From Hyphomicrobiales bacterium (GTDB taxonomy: Bacteria; Pseudomonadota; Alphaproteobacteria; Rhizobiales; Aestuariivirgaceae): a DNA stretch of 47,627 bases. The notes beneath the pieces were generated by a model. That model had not been told where the DNA came from and searched no databases. It saw nothing but the letters and a program-made list of their open reading frames with translations. The stretch spans positions 1-47,627 of the forward strand of contig JANXRO010000205.1 in assembly GCA_025356765.1 (NCBI GenBank). The letters are read 5' to 3'. A program made the translations under genes and the position numbers. Positions 42,445 through 47,627 of the stretch are shown piece by piece (position 1 is the stretch's first letter; the number at the start of each line of letters is the position of its first letter).

Positions 42445-42720
42445 CTAGTGTCGGTATTGTTGAATGCGCGTGGTGCGCAAGCCAGCAAGGCCGTGTTTTT
42501 CAATCGAACGCTGCCAGCCCAGATATTCTTCAACTGTTAGGGTATAACGGCTGCACGCCTCTTCGAGAGACAGTAAACCGCCCCGGACGGCAGCAACAAC
42601 TTCCGCTTTGCGTCGGATAACCCAGCGATGGGATCCTGGCGGCGGAAGATCGGCTATCGTCAAGGGACTGCCATCGGGCCCGATGACGTAATTGACGCGT
42701 GGACGCAACTGACCATTCAT
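42445..42720 (-). CDS. sciP: CtrA inhibitor SciP (DUF1153)
   Basis: YVIGPDGSPLTIADLPP..RWVIRRKAEVVAAVRGGLL..GLRTTRIQQYR. Confidence 0.95.
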   Translation of the reverse strand: MNGQLRPRVNYVIGPDGSPLTIADLPPPGSHRWVIRRKAEVVAAVRGGLLSLEEACSRYTLTVEEYLGWQRSIEKHGLAGLRTTRIQQYRH

Positions 42721-42793
42721 ATACGCATACTCACAAACTGACCTTGAGAAGGGCAAAGGCCCCTCGCACAATCTCAACTTGCCATCAGACCCT

Positions 42794-42809
42794 TTAAGAA
42801 TGAGCTAAA
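42794..42809. promoter_or_regulatory. Candidate CtrA box upstream of sciP
   Basis: TTAA-gaatgag-CTAAA; sciP is a known CtrA target in Caulobacter. Confidence 0.45.
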
Positions 42810-42900
42810 TGGAAATGAACAAATTGCAAAGACTTGTGCGTTTATGCCTCAATTCGATACAAAAGCGGGGGTGCTTGAAAGATTTTTGTAAAAAGCCCAT

Positions 42901-44133
42901 GTGAAGCCCATGAATTCTAACCCCCATATCGAGCCCCGCGTGATCGAACTGGTCCATCAGGCGATGGCGTTGGAAGGCGATCCTGCCCAACACCGTATTG
43001 TTTGTGCGATGTCTGGCGGCGTGGATTCATCTGTGGCGGCGGCTTTGTTGAAACTTGCTGGATATGATGTTGTGGGAATTACGCTGCAACTTTATGACCA
43101 TGGCGAGGCCATTAGGCGCAAAGGTGCTTGTTGTGCTGGTCAAGACATCCACGATGCCAGGCGGGTTGCTGCGGCACTGGATATTCCACATTATGTTTTG
43201 GATTTTGAATCGCGCTTTAAAGAAAGCGTCATTGATGATTTCGTTGAAGGCTATTTGCAGGGTGCAACTCCCATTCCGTGCGTGCGGTGCAATCAGACTG
43301 TGAAATTTGCTGATCTTTTGACGCGGTCGGCCGATCTCAATGCTTCTGCTATGGTAACGGGTCATTATGTGGAAAGCCGCCTTCGTGCCGAAACAACACA
43401 TCGCGATTTGTTCACACCCGCAGACATGGCGCGCGATCAAAGTTATTTTCTTTTTGCCACCACACAAAAGCAGTTGGATTATTTGCGCTTTCCTCTCGGT
43501 CTTTTGACCAAGCCTGAAATTCGCATCATTGCGGAGCAACTTGGATTGATCGTGGCTGACAAGCCCGACAGCCAAGACATTTGTTTTGTGCCAGAGGGAA
43601 ATTATGCTGATGTTATTTTGAAAATCAGGCCTGATGCGGCGCAAGCCGGAGAAATTGTCCATCTTGATGGGCGCATCTTGGGCCGCCACCAAGGTATCAT
43701 CCATTACACCATTGGCCAACGCAAAGGCCTTGGCATTGGGGGCGGTGAAGTTCTTTTCGTCATCAAGCTTGATGCAGCAAACAGCCAAGTGATTGTTGGG
43801 CCGCGAGAGGCATTAAAACAAAATGAGATTCTGATAGCAGATGTGAATTGGCTTGGCGCTTTGCCGATTTCACGAGAGCCACAAAAAATCTTTGCTCGCA
43901 TTCGGTCTACGCGCGCGCCCGTTGCGGCCAGCATTTGCCTTGAAAACGGTGATGTGGTTGTTGCAGTCGAGCACGGTGAATATGGAATCTCGCCCGGCCA
44001 AGCTTGTGTTTTTTACGAAGGCTTAGGTGCTGGTCAGCGTGTGTTGGGCGGCGGTTTCATAAAAATCGAAAAAACCGCTTTAGTGCGTGTGGCTTTTACC
44101 CGTTCGGCTGCCGCAGGTTCCGTTTCTGCTTGA
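42901..44133 (+). CDS. mnmA: tRNA 2-thiouridylase
   Basis: [45 protein letters not shown]. Confidence 0.96.
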   Translation: MKPMNSNPHIEPRVIELVHQAMALEGDPAQHRIVCAMSGGVDSSVAAALLKLAGYDVVGITLQLYDHGEAIRRKGACCAGQDIHDARRVAAALDIPHYVLDFESRFKESVIDDFVEGYLQGATPIPCVRCNQTVKFADLLTRSADLNASAMVTGHYVESRLRAETTHRDLFTPADMARDQSYFLFATTQKQLDYLRFPLGLLTKPEIRIIAEQLGLIVADKPDSQDICFVPEGNYADVILKIRPDAAQAGEIVHLDGRILGRHQGIIHYTIGQRKGLGIGGGEVLFVIKLDAANSQVIVGPREALKQNEILIADVNWLGALPISREPQKIFARIRSTRAPVAASICLENGDVVVAVEHGEYGISPGQACVFYEGLGAGQRVLGGGFIKIEKTALVRVAFTRSAAAGSVSA

Positions 44134-44173
44134 TTTAGCGGCGCTTTGTAACCTAAGTGCGACATGAATTGGA

Positions 44174-44824
44174 GTGGATATGCAAAACCAAAGCCAGCTA
44201 GAGAAAATGGACGAAAACGACGTTCGCGCAGCTTATCGTCGCTGGGCACCTGTTTATGACGCAACATTTGGACGGCTGGTGAAGGCTGGAATGCGCCAAG
44301 CGACCAAACAGGCCAATAATTATTCAGGCAAATTGCTTGACGTTGGTGTTGGCACAGGTTTGGCGTTGCCACATTATGGGCCGCAACTCAGCGTTACGGG
44401 TGTTGATCTATCTGGCGAGATGCTCGAACGCGCCAAAACCCGCGTGAAAAAGGCGCGCAGTGCAAACATTGAAGCACTGCTTGAGATGGATGCTTCTCAT
44501 TTGAAGTTTGCTGACGAGACTTTTGATATTGTGATGGCAACTTATGTGCTGACCGTGGTGCCAGACCCTGTAAAAGTTGTGGAAGAGCTGGCCCGCGTGA
44601 CCAAGCCGGGCGGCACTGTTATTATTGTCAATCATTTCAGCGTTGAAAATGGGTTGCGCGGCGCCATTGAAAAAGGGTTTGCAAAACATGCAACGAAACT
44701 GGGGTGGCGGCCAGAATTTCCGCTTGATACGCTTCTGGTTTGCGAGAGGCTACGGTTGGTTTCCATCCGTCCTGTAAAGCCTTTGGGCTTTTTTACATTG
44801 CTTGAATTCAAACGTATGGCTTGA
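44174..44824 (+). CDS. pmtA: SAM-dependent phospholipid N-methyltransferase (Rhodobacter PmtA type)
   Basis: AYRRWAPVYDATFG, LDVGVGTG, LGWRPEF; adjacent to pcs. Confidence 0.75.
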   Translation: MDMQNQSQLEKMDENDVRAAYRRWAPVYDATFGRLVKAGMRQATKQANNYSGKLLDVGVGTGLALPHYGPQLSVTGVDLSGEMLERAKTRVKKARSANIEALLEMDASHLKFADETFDIVMATYVLTVVPDPVKVVEELARVTKPGGTVIIVNHFSVENGLRGAIEKGFAKHATKLGWRPEFPLDTLLVCERLRLVSIRPVKPLGFFTLLEFKRMA

Positions 44825-44870
44825 TTGCGTCTAACCGCAAGCTTCCATATAGTGGAGGGCAGGAGAACCT

Positions 44871-45671
44871 ATGGCTAAGCTTCAATTAAAACCGAATATT
44901 GAACACGAATTAAAAAAAGGTATGGCTTGGTCGGTTCACGCCTTCACCACAAGTGGCATTGTTCTGGGATTTCTGGCGCTGGTTTCAGTTCTCAAAAATG
45001 ATGCCGTGGCGGCTTTCATGTGGCTGGGGCTTGCATTATTTGTTGATGGCGTTGACGGAACTTTAGCAAGACGCGCGCGCGTTTCTGAATATACCCCGAA
45101 TTTTGATGGCGCATCGCTGGATTTGGTGATCGACTTTTTTACTTATGTCGCTGTGCCAGCCTTAATGATTTATTGGTTTAATATGGTGCCTGCGCCTTTT
45201 CTTTTTTCAGCTTCAACTTGGAGTTTGATTTGCGCGGCGTTGATTATGGCAGTTTCCTGCTACACGTTTGCGAATGTTGGTATGAAGTCATTTGATTATT
45301 ATTTTGTAGGCTTTCCGGCGATTTGGAATGTGGTGGTGCTCTATTTCTATTTGTTCAACACGGGTTGGCTGGTCAATCTGATTACAATTTTGGCACTGAG
45401 TGTGTTGACGTTCGTGCCCATTAAATTTGTGCATCCATTGCGGGTAACGCTTTGGCGCAATATCACAATTCCCATGACAGTGCTGTGGGCGGCGTTGACT
45501 TTGAGTTTGGTGATCTCTGGCCGCAACCCTGATTATTCCGATTGGATTTATAAGATTCAATTGGGGCTATTTGCTTTGGCTTCGCTTTATTTTGCAGGCA
45601 TTTCCTTGTGGCGCACATTCGTGTTGGGCGATAAAGGCCAAGCTGAAGAAGAAGCCGCCGCCGAGGCTTGA
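44871..45671 (+). CDS. pcs: Phosphatidylcholine synthase
   Basis: VHAFTTSG, DGVDGTLARR..LDLVID CDP-alcohol motif, FVGFPAIWN, KFVHPLRV. Confidence 0.88.
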   Translation: MAKLQLKPNIEHELKKGMAWSVHAFTTSGIVLGFLALVSVLKNDAVAAFMWLGLALFVDGVDGTLARRARVSEYTPNFDGASLDLVIDFFTYVAVPALMIYWFNMVPAPFLFSASTWSLICAALIMAVSCYTFANVGMKSFDYYFVGFPAIWNVVVLYFYLFNTGWLVNLITILALSVLTFVPIKFVHPLRVTLWRNITIPMTVLWAALTLSLVISGRNPDYSDWIYKIQLGLFALASLYFAGISLWRTFVLGDKGQAEEEAAAEA

Positions 45672-45707
45672 CTTTCATTGCGTTTGGAAACTATACGCTT
45701 GCCACGT

Positions 45708-45784
45708 GGCGAGGTAGCTCAGTTGGTTAGAGCACGGGAATCATAATCCTGGGGTCGGGGGTTCAACTCCCTCTCTCGCCACCA
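45708..45784 (+). tRNA. tRNA-Met (CAT), elongator type
   Basis: 77-nt cloverleaf; GGCGAGG/TCTCGCC acceptor stem with paired G1-C72, CAT anticodon, GTTCAAC T-loop, encoded CCA. Confidence 0.93.
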
Positions 45785-45852
45785 ACTCCTTTCAAATCTT
45801 GCATCTGGGCGTGAAGGCATTCATTATCATTTTGTGATCATGGATTTTTATT

Positions 45853-46824
45853 ATGCTTGAAACAAATAGACATAACTTGCCAGCGCGCAATGCTGGAACG
45901 CCACTTACACTCGAGTGGTTTGAAAATGTTCAGGTGAACACTTCTGCCGCTGAACGGCGTGCGGCAAGCCTTGCCACGCGGCGCAGCGTGAAAAAAGAAT
46001 ATCAGGCGGCATGGTTGGTGAAGGCCTTGCAATGCATTGATCTGACAACGCTGTCTGGCGATGATACGGCCCAACGCGTGCATCGCCTGTGCGCCAAAGC
46101 CATGCGGCCTTTGCGTGATGATATTGTTGAAAAGCTGGGCTTGGCTGCAATGCCCCATGTGGGGGCAGTTTGTGTTTATGCATCCATGGTTCCCCATGCG
46201 GTAAAAGCGTTGCGTGGATCGGGCATTCCTGTTGCTTCCGTGGCCACTGGCTTTCCTTCTGGGTTAACGCCGCTTCCACTTCGGCTGGCAGAGATTAAAT
46301 ATGCCGTTGAAGAGGGTGCTGAAGAAATTGATATTGTTATTCATCGTGCTCAAGTTTTGGATCAAGATTGGTCTGCACTTTATGATGAGGTGAGCGCTAT
46401 GCGCGAAGCTTGTGGCGCTGCACATATGAAAGCAATTTTGGCCACGGGCGAATTGAAAACGTTGCGCAATGTTTATAAGGCCTCGATGGTTGCGATGCAG
46501 GCGGGTGCCGATTTTATCAAAACCTCGACTGGCAAAGAAGATGTGAATGCCACAATACCCGTAAGCCTTACGATGCTTCGTGCATTGCGCGATTATGGCG
46601 AACACACCGACCAGCAGATTGGCTTTAAGCCAGCGGGCGGTTTGAAGACTGCAAAGGATGCCATGAACTGGTTGATCCTTATGAAAGAGGAATTGGGCCG
46701 TCCTTGGTTGGAACCTGATTTATTTCGTATTGGCGCATCTTCTATGCTGGCCGATATTGAACGCCAGCTCGAATATTTTATCACGGGCCGTTATGCGGCT
46801 CTTTCGCATCACGCGCTTGCTTAA
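45853..46824 (+). CDS. deoC: Deoxyribose-phosphate aldolase (long type)
   Basis: IDLTTLSGDD, VATGFP, EIDIVI, FIKTSTGK, GFKPAGG, RIGASS. Confidence 0.95.
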   Translation: MLETNRHNLPARNAGTPLTLEWFENVQVNTSAAERRAASLATRRSVKKEYQAAWLVKALQCIDLTTLSGDDTAQRVHRLCAKAMRPLRDDIVEKLGLAAMPHVGAVCVYASMVPHAVKALRGSGIPVASVATGFPSGLTPLPLRLAEIKYAVEEGAEEIDIVIHRAQVLDQDWSALYDEVSAMREACGAAHMKAILATGELKTLRNVYKASMVAMQAGADFIKTSTGKEDVNATIPVSLTMLRALRDYGEHTDQQIGFKPAGGLKTAKDAMNWLILMKEELGRPWLEPDLFRIGASSMLADIERQLEYFITGRYAALSHHALA

Positions 46825-46833
46825 GGAATTTAC

Positions 46834-47627
46834 ATGCCCACAGTTTCAGATGTTCTTAACACCATGGATTATGGCCCTTCGCCTGAAGCAAATGGCCATG
46901 TAAAAGATTGGCTTTCCAAACACGCTTCGGGGTTTGGCCATTATATTGGTGGAACTTTTGGTGCGCCTTCTGCCAAACGCATTGATGTGTTTAACCCTGC
47001 CAACGGCGAAGTTTTGGCCAGCGTTGCCAATGGTACGGCCAAGGATGTGGATGTGGCGGTGACTGCCGCCCGCAAGGCTTTTAAAACGTGGTCTAAACTT
47101 TCAGGTTTTGCGCGGGCCAAACATCTTTACGCTTTGGCGCGGCATATTCAAAAGCGCGAGCGGTTTCTTTCAGTTCTTGAAACTATGGACAATGGCAAAA
47201 CTATTCGTGAAAGCCGCGATATTGATATTCCATTGGTGGCAAGGCATTTTTATCATCACGCAGGCTGGGCGCAGTTGGTTGAAACTGAATTTGAAGGCTA
47301 TGGCCCGGTTGGTGTGTGTGGCCAAATTATCCCATGGAATTTTCCATTATTGATGCTGGCATGGAAAATTGCACCAGCCCTAGCGGCGGGCAATACAGTG
47401 GTGTTGAAACCTGCAGAATTTACGCCGCTGACAGCTTTGGCTTTTGCTGAGATTTGTTCAGAAGCGGGCTTGCCGCCCGGTGTTGTGAACATTGTCACAG
47501 GTGATGGTGAAACGGGTGCCGCGTTGGTTGCGCATAAAGATGTGAACAAGATTGCGTTCACAGGGTCTACCGAAGTGGGCAAATTGATACGCGCCCAGAC
47601 TGCGGGTTCAGGTAAAAAGCTTTCGCT
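46834..47627 (+). CDS. Aldehyde dehydrogenase (ALDH16-like N-terminus), truncated by window end
   Basis: Not in the ORF track because it has no stop; reads MPTVSDVLNTMDYGPSPE..IIPWNFPLLMLAWKIAPALAAGNTVVLKPAE..AFTGSTEVG. Confidence 0.9.
   Translation, partial: MPTVSDVLNTMDYGPSPEANGHVKDWLSKHASGFGHYIGGTFGAPSAKRIDVFNPANGEVLASVANGTAKDVDVAVTAARKAFKTWSKLSGFARAKHLYALARHIQKRERFLSVLETMDNGKTIRESRDIDIPLVARHFYHHAGWAQLVETEFEGYGPVGVCGQIIPWNFPLLMLAWKIAPALAAGNTVVLKPAEFTPLTALAFAEICSEAGLPPGVVNIVTGDGETGAALVAHKDVNKIAFTGSTEVGKLIRAQTAGSGKKLS

Noticed and set aside
43027-43788. 253-aa antisense ORF within mnmA
   Set aside because: Shadow frame of a conserved gene with no recognisable motifs
45708-45784. Initiator tRNA-fMet or tRNA-Ile2
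   Set aside because: G1-C72 is paired, the fMet run of three G-C anticodon-stem pairs is absent, and the sequence resembles alphaproteobacterial elongator Met; Ile2 is not fully excluded
45708-45852. tRNA as integration site of a genomic island
   Set aside because: No integrase and no duplicate of the tRNA 3' end noticed in the window; deoC follows directly

Overview
Chromosomal window from an alphaproteobacterium, most likely Hyphomicrobiales/Rhizobiales, judged from eipA-cysQ-chpT...ctrA-fliJ...sciP-mnmA and the glgP-glgB-glgC-glgA-pgm-glgX order. The right two-thirds is mostly recognisable. It holds the glycogen operon, the CtrA cell-cycle locus, pmtA-like and pcs genes, tRNA-Met, deoC and a truncated aldehyde dehydrogenase. 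The CtrA locus is interrupted by an RTX protein / BTLCP protease / di-heme peroxidase block and by a sulfotransferase-like / aminotransferase-IV / cobalamin riboswitch-bluB block. The left 16 kb is accessory. Its most striking element is a compact operon (9999-14279) encoding a membrane-anchored SGNH/DltD-like protein, an MBOAT ending in the Tyr acyl-shuttle motif FLYYKF, a zinc-type class II SerRS-like amino acid:carrier-protein ligase and an ACP. An Sfp-type PPTase lies nearby and a REC-GGDEF-EAL gene follows directly. This reads as a Dlt-like envelope aminoacylation system in which a tRNA-synthetase paralog replaces the DltA adenylation enzyme. All calls come from motif reading by eye; no database search was run, so novelty is inferred. 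No CRISPR, IS, integrase or rRNA was seen.
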